Origin: Bilabrum cf. latius
Lineage: Eukaryota
Assembly (NCBI GenBank): GCA_965178125.1
Contig: OZ237746.1
Coordinates: forward strand, 372,001-436,000
Direction: 5' to 3'
Length of the DNA stretch: 64,000 nucleotides
The notes under the pieces: generated by a model
What the model was told of the DNA's origin: nothing
The model's input: the letters and a program-made list of their open reading frames with translations, nothing else
The model's database searches: none
Shown here: piece after piece, positions 51,201 through 62,626 of the stretch
Layout: each line of letters begins with the position of its first letter
How positions within the stretch are numbered: the first letter of the stretch is position 1
Made by a program: the position numbers and the translations under genes

Positions 51201-54200
51201 CCCACTGCTAGGACTCGGCGAGATTGGCTGACCCCGCAGCAAACTCCACGCCAGCGACATCGTCCTCGAGCACCCGCACGAAGATTCGAGGCTGCGGTGT
51301 GTTCGTCCAGGCGACCACACCCGCATCAACCGTGACGTCCACGATGTACGTGCGTTCGACCATGCCGTCTATCTCGTTGTCGATCGGGTTGATGATCCAC
51401 GTGAAATCCGATTGCGAAAGGGAGTAGGTTGCAGACACGCTCGTGCTGCTGAAAGCCCCTCCCGGTGCCGTGATCAGCAAGCCAGGCACAGCTTCGTGTG
51501 ACTGGTACCCTGCGTTCTGGTGCACTGTAAGCGTGACGGTTATCGGCTCCAGCAGCGCAGTGGGCAGACCTAGATCGATACGGACCTCGGTGCCGAGGCC
51601 CGCAGCAGCCAGTGCTGCCCCTTTCTTGCCGTTGATTCCCTCGGCTAGCACGATCGAGTGGGTCTCGTTGTTCGCTGACACATTGAGCACCGACACGGGC
51701 GCGATACCAGACAAGCTCAGTGTGTGCCCCGTGCCCGTCCTTCTCTTGGGCAGCCCAGAGAAGGACAGCGAAGCCTGTTCGGGGATGAGAGATTCGATGC
51801 CATCGCCCCTGTCGTCGTCCCTGGACCCGCCATCTCCGCTACCGCCAGTGTCGCTCTCAATGAAGACCCTGACACGATTTGTGTCGTTCTAATAGATGAA
51901 GAACACTTCATCCGTTCCTCGCCCCGCGATACCCTGGGTCACGAGAGGTTGCCACGCGTACGTGTGCTCCACAGCGCTCACGTTCCAAGCATCACCAAAC
52001 AGAACGGTGCTAATTGAGCCTACGTTTGCAACGCTGTCAGGGTTCACAGCGTTGGTGTCTACGACCAGGAGGTCAAACCCTCCGGTAAGGTCGCTCCTGT
52101 AGGTCCCCAGCACAAAGGAACCGAAGCTGATAGAGCCGGGCAGCTCTGGTCGGATGACGTGCCAGCCCTCGAGGGTGTAGGGATTGCCTGACTGCACCCG
52201 AAGCAGCACCACGGTCCCACCGCATGTGTTCTCCGAGCCCGCGACGCCGCTGCGGGGGGCCCCCACAGCCAGGGTGATGGCGTTAGTGCCGGGTAGCCTG
52301 CCTGGGACGAAGTCGAACGACTCGCCAAACCCCGTGTCAGTGGTGTCTACAGCGGTGGTGAAGGCCGAGCTGGTCAACGCCCCACCCACGAACACCAAAT
52401 TGGTGACACTGGGCCCAGTGGCCTACATCATGTATAGCTCCAAGTCCTCGCCGGAAAAGTCCTTCTTGGTGTACGCAAACACCGCTTGGTCCGTGTCCCG
52501 GGGACAGTCTGGACACTCCTTGATGTCTACCCCGAACGCGTCCGAGACAGAGAAGGCTCCGTTCACGTCGATAGACTGGTACAGCGCCGCAGAAATCACC
52601 TTTTGCTGCTGGCGGTCCCATCGCAGGAAATACATCCCGCCGGGCGCCATCGACTGCCTCCCGACAGCCATAGAGACAAAGTCGTTCGATCGGTTGAACA
52701 CCACCACGGACTCTCCAAACCCCTCGCTTGAGCTCAGGGTCTGTTCCCCAAGCGCGGCACTGCCACTTGACAGCACGATCGAGCTCTCGGTGATCATGTT
52801 GCCGCTGCCGTCGATCCCCTGCAGAACGACCGCGCCCCGACCCTAAGGCCCAAAGGTCGGCACACCGAACACCAGATCCAGCGAACCTTCCGCCCGCATG
52901 GGAGCGACAGAGAAGGACTTCCCACGATCGGCAAAGTCGGCTTTCCCGGCGAAGAAAGTAGAGTCGATCGTCCCGATCCTGGGGTTGGACAGCCCCTGAA
53001 TCCCGTTGGAGGTCTTGATGGTCGCAGAGTCGGCAATCCCCAGCCTGGGACACACCTCGCTGTAGGGCCTGGGAGCTGCCTGAATACCCAGGAACAGCCC
53101 AGACCCTGCCTCAGGGATGCCGTTAAACGATTGAAATGGCAGTCCAAGGAAGAGATACACCGCGTCGTTGGCTGACTGCGGTCCCAGTACGGCCGCAGAG
53201 CTGCCGAACCCGTCCCCTGCTCCGACCCCGGCAGCGGTCCAGTTGACCGCGGCAGTGTCGGGCTTGTCGGGCGAGTAGTAGGTCCTCGCCTCCTCGACCA
53301 GCTCTTCGGAGATTGTGACGAGCGTGAATCCACCGTCGCTGGTCAGGCTCGGGCCCCTTCCGCTGCCCACGATGAGGTCGGTTCCCCCTTTCCTGTCGAT
53401 GTTCCCTGGAGAAGCCAGCGACAGCCCGAAGTGAACCCTTCCCGACGTGCTTCCGAAGAGCTTTGTGACACTTCTGTCCATGGCCAGGTGTCCAGTGGCA
53501 TTGATCGTCACGATGAACACGGTCCCATCCGCCAGTGCGCCGCACTGGGGGCACCCGATGGCGAGGAGAGCGCCGGCCATGCCGTCTGGCAGGCCCAGAG
53601 ACGCCAGCGACTCCCCGATCGAGTCGCCCACCGGCAGAGCAAGGCCCATATCGATCGAGTCGAACCTCTGAGGGGATGGTCCATGGGCCCCGTTGAGGCC
53701 CATGAAAAGCACGTGCACCGCACCCGTGTTCAAAGGGACACCCACGCCGGCAGGGTCGTACCCCGGAGAGCCGACTGCGATGTCCGTGATGCCGTCGCCG
53801 TTCAGGTCGCCGATGGCCGCGACGGACGCACCGAAACGGTCGCCGTGCAAAAGCTGCGAGATCAAGTAAGTAATGCGCATGATGCATGGTATAGGTCGGC
53901 ACATGTCGCAAGATGCGACCAATCATGGGAACGAGGACAGTTCGTGGAAACCAACTCAGTTGTGCTCACCGAAGCCGATACGTTCTTGTCTCCATACATC
54001 TGGCTGTTCAATACATCACAACTGCCATTCATTGTGATCGCGTGGACGGCGCCGGTGAAGGTATTGCTGCCGGTCTCTATCGGCTCCAACGGAGCTCCAA
54101 CGACCACAACGGGAACCTCGCCCTCATTGCCAATGGTCACGCCGTATACGTTAGCTACCGCGAAACCAAATTCAGAAGAAGTGCTTGAGTCTATTTCAAT

Positions 54201-54485
54201 GTCCGAACCACTCTTGAAGCACGGCTCTCCTAGGACGCTACTATTGTCTCCGCCCAATGAGTTCATGAAGATGCCCGGACCATCGGGCGCCCCGACGATC
54301 AAATAAGAGAAATGACCATTTCGCCAACGGCCTGCCGTTACACTTTGGCCGTACTTAGCCGAAGTCTCCAAGGGTGGGGCTTGGTCGGGATGAGCCAACG
54401 GAACGACGGCTGTCGCAGAGCCAGCCGCCTGAGCCGATACTTCGCAAAGATATGCCACAACGAGCACACAAACCAAGCAAATCAT
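39235..54485 (-). CDS. ~5040-aa polycystin-1-like membrane receptor (signal peptide, FG-GAP repeats, Calx/Ig-like repeats, REJ, EGF-like, GPS, multi-TM); intron 53854-53969
   Basis: Exon 2 is a single 14.6-kb frame with 29 TAGs and no TAA/TGA before the terminal TGA-TAA. Motifs: GDRFGASVAAIGDLNGDGITDIAVGSPG; TNQPPFAG..WSDQPEDLPLSYHF; CSGHGAC..CLCEEGWAGSGC; CASTHLTDF; TRP[TAG]RVLIL..MAVNALFF; LWGVLF..AWLIASFISFALDALISEPL. Confidence 0.9.
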
Positions 54486-54831
54486 GATTTGTTCTTCAGA
54501 ATTATTACGAATGCACGGAAATTACTGCTTCCAATCAGTGATAGACCCAACGTCGTTGAGGAAAGTTGGTCCGTGGCCGGCAGCCTTTCGATTCCTCCAA
54601 AGGTGGATATCTCAGGCAATATTCTAACAAGAACCGGCAGTTCTATGTCGTGGAATCAAAATAAGCTAGTCGCCCGATGCAGTTATCAGCAATATATTTG
54701 TTGAGGTGGGTACTGCGCGAGACAAGAGAAACTGCAGCCGTTTTCGCGCCGCGCAATTCTTGCGGAACCAATGGTCGCGAGCCGTGGTCGCGTTTCTTTC
54801 GCATCTGCTATTCTTCAACGTACGAAAAACA

Positions 54832-56618
54832 TCAACGCTTGTGGGCATCTCTTATGATGCCCACCACACTCTCTGACACGGCAAGGCCGGCCGCCAGTGC
54901 CACTGAGTCCTCTGAACCAACGTCAGGCAGGGACCAGCGAATAGCACCGCTAGCACGGCTTGCTACCCCTCCGCTTCCGTCCTTCGTAGTTCCCCCCGTC
55001 GACACACGATCCCCTACAAACTGGTCCTTTCTACCGGAGGGTCCCATCACCAGCTCACCCGCCATCGCGCCTCCTGAAAGCGCCCGCTCGCAGTCCATGT
55101 GCGAGACGGCCATCCGTGCAACGACAGCATCTGCAGTCGCTCGCCACTCCACCGGTGGATACGGCACCCACGCCGGATCAATTGGGATACTAGCGCCAGT
55201 GAATGCCTCTGGTGCGCCGTCCACTCCCGGCTCTGCTCGCTCTCTTGAAGCACTTGCTCCGTGCTCGCCCGCACCGGCTCGCTCCAGCTGCCCGCGCAAG
55301 TGCTTCAGCAGGGAATCAGGCATCCGCGGGGCATCCAGCTCGGCGTATGGAAGCGACATCTCAGTAATATCAGCACTCTTGCCTGTGTCTGGTCCTGGCT
55401 CTGATGAGCTGAACACTCCTGCACCCCCTGCGACAGGTGCGTTGTCCGCCCCGGCCCCGGCCCCGGCCCCGGCCCCGACAGGTTTCTTCGATGCTGTCTC
55501 GCTATCCCTCAACTTGATCTGACCCCCTGCCACTTTCCCTGCTTCTTCCTATTGATATACCTTTAAACCAGCCCCAGCCCCAGCCCCAGCCCCAGCCCCA
55601 GCCCCAGCCCCAGCTCCGCTCTCTCGAAGGGCAGTCGCCATGGACAGGTCCGGCTTGCGGGGCACGCTGATCCTGGGGGGGCAGTGCAGCCTAGTCGCTG
55701 GCACGGACACAAGCCGCCAGTCAGGAAGCATGAGGCCGGTCAGTGCGTTGCCGTAGCAGCATCCCGTGTCGAGTCCGAGGCACCTGGGGTGTATCTGCAG
55801 CTTCTGCTTTGCGTCGTGCCCGAAGACCACTATGCCTGGGCCCCACCATGCTCGCCCCCACAGGGACATGCCGTCCTTGCCGTCAACCCCCTGCTCCTTT
55901 GCGACCAAGTCGGAAGTACTTGCCTCGGAGGATGCCTCCTTTGGAAGCGTGACGAATCGCATGTGTGTGAGGTCACGCTCGGTCATACCATCGGGCGAGT
56001 GGCCGGGCAGCACCCCGGCATGAGCGAGCAGGACCGAGTGGGGCACTTGCTCGCCGTGGTCGTGATCAAACACAACCTCAGCCCACAGGGGGAGCCCTTT
56101 CACCCACTCGTATTCAGCTTCCGTCATCTGCAGCGCCACATTCGCGTGCTCCTTGCGATACCTAACTTCGTCCTCTGCGTTTGCCATGTCTTCGACAGCA
56201 ACACCACGCGTTCTGCAGCGTTGGATTCGCTCGTACTGACGAACCAGCTCCAGCTCATGGTTTCCTTTGATGCAAAGTGCAAAGTTTTCTCGCACAAAGC
56301 GAAGCACACCGATGCTTTGCGGCCCTTTGGCGACCAAATCACCCACAGACACGAGTTCCAGCTTGGCCTGCGGTGCGGCCGATTCACCTTTCGTGCTTCT
56401 CGTCGAGCCAATCCTCTAACATGCACGAACGAGTCCTCCTGCGACACATGCCCCGGGAACAGGTGGAATCAAGCAGCTTGCGACACAGCTTAAGGTGGCC
56501 ACAACAATTCTCGACCGTGGTTGCACTCACTCAGCTCATCCAAACAGCCATGGACATCGCCAACAATAATACATCGCCTAGTATGCAAGCGAGAGCCAAC
56601 CCTGCCCAGTCGGCGCAT
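54832..56618 (-). CDS. ApaH-like metallophosphoesterase (ALPH/Ppn2-type); intron 56439-56530
   Basis: IIVGDVHGCLDEL, VGDLVAKGP, KGNHE, AHAG, VFGHDA, GLDTGCCYG. TAGs in exon 2 and at 55549, ends in TGA. Confidence 0.9.
55569..55614 (-). repeat. (GGGGCT)n hexamer repeat encoding a Gly-Ala tract; related (GGGGCC)n at ~55448-55476
   Basis: ccccag is repeated ~7 times on the + strand. Confidence 0.9.
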
Positions 56619-56800
56619 CAGGGAATTGTCTCAGGCAGGCACCTAATCACTGCCAGTGGTGACGGCTGCCTCTAGCCGTGACGATGATTCGATCCACTTG
56701 TCGCACCTGATTCAGAACGGCCCGGAATACTCAGTGGCGCTGCTTTCGAGAAATAATCATTAGATCATTGCGGCGTGCATACCTGCGAGTCGCGACTCGA

Positions 56801-57937
56801 ATGCAAGCGGAAGCAGATGCGCTGATTGGCTTCAGGTACTCTACTGCAACTACCGGAGCTCCGCGGTCAGATACCGCTGCGGTGGCAGTCGGGGCGAAAA
56901 GAAAGCGCGATGCGACTCAAATCAATGCTGAATCTATTTCTGCGACCTCGGTGTCGGTTGGTGTTCGAGCCGCAGCTCGCTCCACGTCACCTGCATCGCC
57001 GGCCAAAAAGGCAAGATCAAGCTCTAGTAGGAAGTCCCCGTCGAAGTCTCCGAAGAAATCAAAAGGTAGCAAGTCGCCAATGAAGCCCATTGATCCTCCC
57101 ACAGATTGGCGAGATGTGTACGGCATTATCAAGGAGATGCGATCCAACCGAGATGCGCCAGTGGACACGATGGGATGCGAAAGCCTCGCTGATACCAAGG
57201 CAGACCCGAAAACGCAGAGGTTTTAGACGCTGGTTTCACTTATGCTCAGCTCCCAGACGAAAGACGAGATAAACTACGCTGCGATGCAGCGATTGCGAGC
57301 CTACGGCTTGTCTGCCAAGACGATGGCCGAGGCCGACACCGCCACCATCGAAAAGCTGATATATCCCGTGGGTTTCTACCGCAACAAGGCAAAATTCATC
57401 AAAGCAGCCGCGGCCCAGCTTCTGGCAGACCTGGACGGAGACATCCCGCGCACCGTGGAGGGCCTGTGCAAGCTCAAAGGGGTGGGCCCCAAGATGGCCT
57501 ACATCACCATGTCGGCGGCGTGGGGGGACCCCGTGGGAATCGGGGTGGACGTTCACGTGCATCGCATTGCAAACAGGCTGCGGTGGGTGAAGACCAACAC
57601 TCCCGAGGAGACCAGGTTGGCGCTTGAGGGCTTTGTTCCCCGGAGCCAGTGGGCGGAGATCAACATCTTGCTCGTGGGCTTCGGACAGACGGTCTGCCTC
57701 CCCCGGGCACCGCTCTGCGGGGAATGCGCCGCCAGGTCACGTTGTCCCGAAGGCAAGAAGTTCAAGGGTGAAATCAGTGTTACGAGTGCGCGCGGGTTGC
57801 TGATGGCCACAGCTGCTTCCTCCTCAAGTGGTACCGCAGCTAGTGACGGAGCTGGGGCTGCAACCGGCGGTGCCAGCGCCAGCACGGACGTAGAAGAGGG
57901 CGGCATTGGGGTGCATCGCACTGTGATGCTATCGGCT

Positions 57938-57989
<52 letters not shown>

Positions 57990-58453
57990 CTTAGGTCATG
58001 CAGAGCCAGATCTTGCCAGCTGCCGGACCCAGCACCCCGTCTAGGCGCCGCGCACGTAGCCCATCCGGTTCCGCAGGCCGGTCCCCGTCCCCCCGCCGCC
58101 GGTCTAACCTGACCTCCCCCGTGGACATGAGCCCCGTGGCGGAGGCAAGGGCGATTTAGAGGAAGGCGGAAGAGGCGGCAAGAGCTGCCGGTGCACGGTC
58201 ATCGGCAGGCGAGAGCGAGAGTGCGGCCGCGGCCGCGGCCACTGGCAGCAATGCAGAGCGACCAAGTGGTGAGGCAGCCGACCCGGAGATCGAGGTCGCG
58301 GGGGAAAAGGGGGACACGCAGAAGGCCGGCAGTGCTGCTCCGGCGGCGGCAAGGAGAAGGAGCCCGCGGCGGGGGCTGAGGAAGGGTGCACCGCGGGCAG
58401 GTGCAGCGGAGGGGAATCCCCAGTGGCAGAGCAAAGGAGAAGGGAGGCAGTGA
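56801..58453 (+). CDS. NTH1: Endonuclease III-like DNA glycosylase/AP lyase
   Basis: APVDTMGC, RF[TAG]TLVSLMLSSQTKD, HhH LKGVGPKMA, GIGVDVHVHRI and Fe-S motif C-x6-C-x2-C-x5-C. A low-complexity tail continues through TAGs 57992 and 58157 to TGA 58451-58453. Confidence 0.95.
57938..57988 (+). repeat. (AGC)n microsatellite encoding poly-Ser in the NTH1 tail
   Basis: About 17 perfect AGC units. Confidence 0.95.
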
Positions 58454-58831
58454 GCACCGGAGCGAGCGCAATGGCGAGGGCATGTTGTGCGTGATAGCAC
58501 CGCCTTGGGTACATGCGCTCCGCGGCATCATGCCACTTTTGTCGGCAGCAGCACTGGCATGGGAAGATTTGTTTCACTGGCAGACTGGCTTCGGCAGATG
58601 ATGACGCAAAGAGAGAGCACAGCGTACCTCAAATGATTCTATTGCAACAGTGACGGCATTTTGTCGCCCCTGCCACACGTTCAGGCACACGAAAACCACC
58701 TGCATTCCACCCCATACTACCATTTTGGTGTGGCACTGGCAGCTAGACAGCCGCCCAGGGATGCGCGTAAACGCTGTCCTCACCAGCAAACTGCGCTGCG
58801 ACCACCCACCACCCAAGAGACATCATCGAAT

Positions 58832-59513
58832 TCATTCCTCCTCCTCGTCAGCCTCGGCCTCCTCGGCATCGACGGTAGCCTCCTCGGTCAACAGGCCCTT
58901 GAAGGTGTCCACTGGCACGTTCTTCACGATCGTGTACATCTTCACGTCATCATCCTCATCAGCCTCGTCGTTCACACCAACGTGGCGCTCAAGCTTCACG
59001 CGCACCCTTCGCGGCACGTTGCGGATCCCCTTGTGCCAGATGTACTTGTTCAAGCCAACGTCGATGCGGATGTCGTCGGTGCCCATCATCTTCTTGGCGA
59101 AAGCCTTGACAGTGCGCACGGCACGGGCGGCCCTCTTCTTGAAGCCTCTGCAATATAATAAGGCATCATGCGAGCGAGGAAGCTGGATGATTCGCGATGC
59201 AAAGGCCGCAGTGGCACTCAGTACAAGTCAGCAGCAACTTCACAGACCAAACATCGAGAATCCAGCGTCGCCACTCGATAAACCGATAAACTTACACCTT
59301 GTGCAACTTCTTGTGCAAGTTGATGGTTGCCACGAGGGCCTTCTCCTCTGCGAAACAAAACCAGGCGACAGTACGAGGCTCGATCGAGAGTAAATGAGGC
59401 TCATCACTGGCTGCAAGTACCTAATGGACTACAGAGGTAGATGCGTGAAAATCGTGTAATATTTGCAAGATACGGAGCTCACGATCAGCATCGGGAGCCA
59501 CCACAGACGCCAT
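58832..59513 (-). CDS. RPL31: 60S ribosomal protein L31 (eL31); introns 59348-59482 and 59148-59295
   Basis: Spliced product MASVVAPDADQEKALVATINLHKKLHKVGFKKRAARAV..MGTDDIRIDVGLNKYIWHKGIRNVPRRVRV. Both introns are GT-AG and phase-compatible. Ends in TGA. Confidence 0.96.
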
Positions 59514-62500
59514 AATCAGCAAATATCGTGAAGTCGACAGCTTGTGGATTGGAGGATCGGATCATATAACTCGTTACAATCTTTACAAAAGTCTGATAAT
59601 TGAGCCAACCACAAATCGTTCACTTTCGAACAAATTGTAGCAGAGATACAAGCGTCAACAGTGAGCGAGATGCATACATATTATGTTTTGTTTGCATTGA
59701 GTGGAATGGATGTAGCGCTTGTACTATATTTGGTTCCACTGTGGTGTTTTGCATGTTGAGTGCTGGGTGTTCCTTCGAGACCAGAATGACGAGATTGGAA
59801 ACTTCTTTCCCCAGATGATCGACTCTGAAATCAAGATTTGAGGACCCTTACTATAGCCAGGAGGTGCTCCTCGTTGTCCGACTGGTCTCGGAGCTCCCCA
59901 TGCTCCAATGTTCCTTCTGTTTGTGCTTGATGTTGAGGTTATGAATGCAGCCAGTTTGTGTTGCCCGCTGAGGATACAGATGACGAGGATGACCTGCGTT
60001 GTCAGCTGGAGATCCTGCCGCCGCGGTCATCGCCGTGGTGGGACGCAGCCTGGCTTTGCGTCTTCGCGACATTGCGCGGCAGAAGGCTCTCGGGTCGGCA
60101 TGCTCTGCTTTCGAACGTTTTCGCTAGTGGGGATGATTCCACAACGAGGCATTTGTCTGAGGGTAGTGCTGGTGCATCAGAAATTGAAGCCCCATGCTGT
60201 TTACGGTGTGATTTTCGGCTGCCAACCTTCCAAATCGATCGTGGCTTCCAACCTTATTTCGCAGGTTTCTCACTGTGCGCGGTGCGTAGTGATAGCATGG
60301 CATCATAAACAAACGTGAGATGCAACAGCATTGCGTTGTTAGTGTGTTGTAGGTGCCCAACGGAGGTTCTGCTGCTTTGCTTCGTGTGATTGCCAGCGCG
60401 ATGATATCAAATATTGCTTGTGCAATATTTGCTACTCTTGACCCGGGTGGTTCGCATCCGCCCGTGTATGACGAGACTCTTTCCACCAAGATCTTTGAGC
60501 GCTGTTCTGTGACGTTTATAGCTTGCCCTGCGGGGACTATCGTGTGCCTGTGCCCCTCATTAACGATTCGAGGCCGGCAACAGCCGGGGCGGCCACGAGA
60601 TCACTGATGCGGTGGCGCTTGTTGTGCTATCACTTTGTATCTTTGTTTTGGGCCCGACAATTGTGTGGGCACGCGGGCCGGGCGGAGCGGAATGACTCAG
60701 GTCGAGCGGATGCGTGGCTCGGCCGTAGACGCCCCGAAGGGGAGGCGCCTCCCTGCGCTGATTGCTGCTGCTGCTGCCCGGGCGATGAAGAAGAATGGTT
60801 GAATGTGGCTCGCCAGCTGCAATTGACGCGGCAGCCAAGCGGCTGTTAGCAGTGAAACATATCCAACTACTGCCTTCCTGCTGAGCCCATGCCGTGGCCT
60901 TGCTGTGGCTAGACTGTTGCCGTCAGCCGTTCGTTTCCTTTGAATTGCCTGCATGTGTGTGCCCGTGCAGCGGTGCGAGTTGATGATATCGGTTAATGCA
61001 TAGTTCATTCTGACTATACGTGACGACACATCCGAAGCAACGTCTTTCGCTCCTATCTGATCGCTGCTGCACGGCGACTGGCTTGGCGGTTGTCTGTTGG
61101 TCTTGGCCCCTTGTTCGGTTGGCGTGTTTGACCATGCACCGTGCGCATGCGTCGACTTTGCACATGTGTGATTTCTCGTTACTGTCAATCTTTGTCCGCA
61201 GTGGATGCGTTGCTTGACATGCGTCCCCGAGAGAACTTCAGAGGGCGCGGCGTAGCTGGTTGCGGCGAGCCCGGCTTGCGCTGTGCACAGCCTAGCGGGC
61301 CCTGCCTCTGACAGGGACAGCGTGAGATCTAGTGTGCTACCACAGTGTGGCAATATGCCGTGGTTGTCTTCAGGATAGTGTGACGTGTTTTGTGCTTGCC
61401 TTTCTGTGGCCGAGCAAGGTAGACGATACCGTGATACGTAGGTTGGCACAGGTACGGTGGTCTGTGACGACAAACAGCTAATGGGAATCTCTCCGATCGG
61501 TGCACGTATGTGCGTCGCTGAGCGAGGAATAGTATTCATCCTTTCCCCGAGGCCACCTGGTTGCACCGTGCTTTGGAGGACAAGATAAGCCACGGCTGCT
61601 TGTCCTGCACAGGGCTGCTGTCACCTCGTTATGCCTCTTGTTGTGATTGGCTAGTCGGGATTGAGGAAAACCTTAGGTATTTTTCAGACTAGAGTCTCTG
61701 ATACAGCAAACGCTGGTGATTATAGTACCTTCATTGACTGACCCGATGTTGCCTTTCGCGCGCGCACCTGTGGTGTATGATCACTGGTGTGCCCGATGTG
61801 TGTGTGTGCCAGCATGTTTGCGGGCGGAGAGGCTGCGGATGATGAGGTGCTCCTAACTAGGGCACCAACACACATTCAACTCGTAGGCCGACGGGTTACG
61901 CCGGCGGTACGCTGAAGATACAACCCTAAGAGCTTTTTAACCCTGACGTAACCCACTCCGCCATTGTCAGCTGGACTGCGTGCACAGCATCTTGCACTTC
62001 TGGCCGTGCGTGTGTGTGCCATGCACAGCCAGTTTGTCTGTCTGATTGGAGAATGACGAATGCACTTGCCGCCCCAGTCCGAGAGCCAAGAGCTCGATGG
62101 TGATACAGTGCGTGCCTCACTACCCCGAGGCTCGATGACTCCCTTTTGTGTCGATTGATTCGGCGTACTGTTTGTACTCATCATTGTCTTTTCCACATGA
62201 GATGATGGTTTTGAAGACTTGCGCTGAGCTGCATCCACCAGTGTTGCTATGAACTAGACTTGCTATCCATTCACCGCAGCGGAACCACCCCACGTCACAC
62301 GAGCACTACCTTCGTGGACCGAGCCAGTGCAACCGTCGCTGTCATGAAACGGCCTGGGTGGACTTCTCCACCTCGCACGATACCACATAATTTCAGAATA
62401 TTGTCTGAACTGTGCCGTCAGAATCCGGGTCAACTCGATCCGCTAAGCTGTGCATGGCCCCGCCCCAGTTCTGATCGATGAGTCGGCCCACGACAACGAT

Positions 62501-62626
62501 CGCAGCCTTCACGCGCACGGCCCGCATCATCTCGGACCAGGACATACGATACATGCAGGGGTCCACCCTCGTCACCAAGGCAACTTGGAATGCACATAGT
62601 CTAGCGCATTTGCCTCTAGTCCAGTT

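Noticed and set aside
39235-53853. Pyrrolysine decoding, or TAGs as acceptors of tiny introns
   Set aside because: TAGs are frequent and fall at Gln positions. No matching GT donors are needed, and conserved motifs run straight across without length loss.
4600-58453. Mass pseudogenisation explaining the broken ORFs
   Set aside because: Breaks are almost exclusively TAG with no frameshifts, and catalytic motifs are intact. Random decay would give TAA/TGA and indels.
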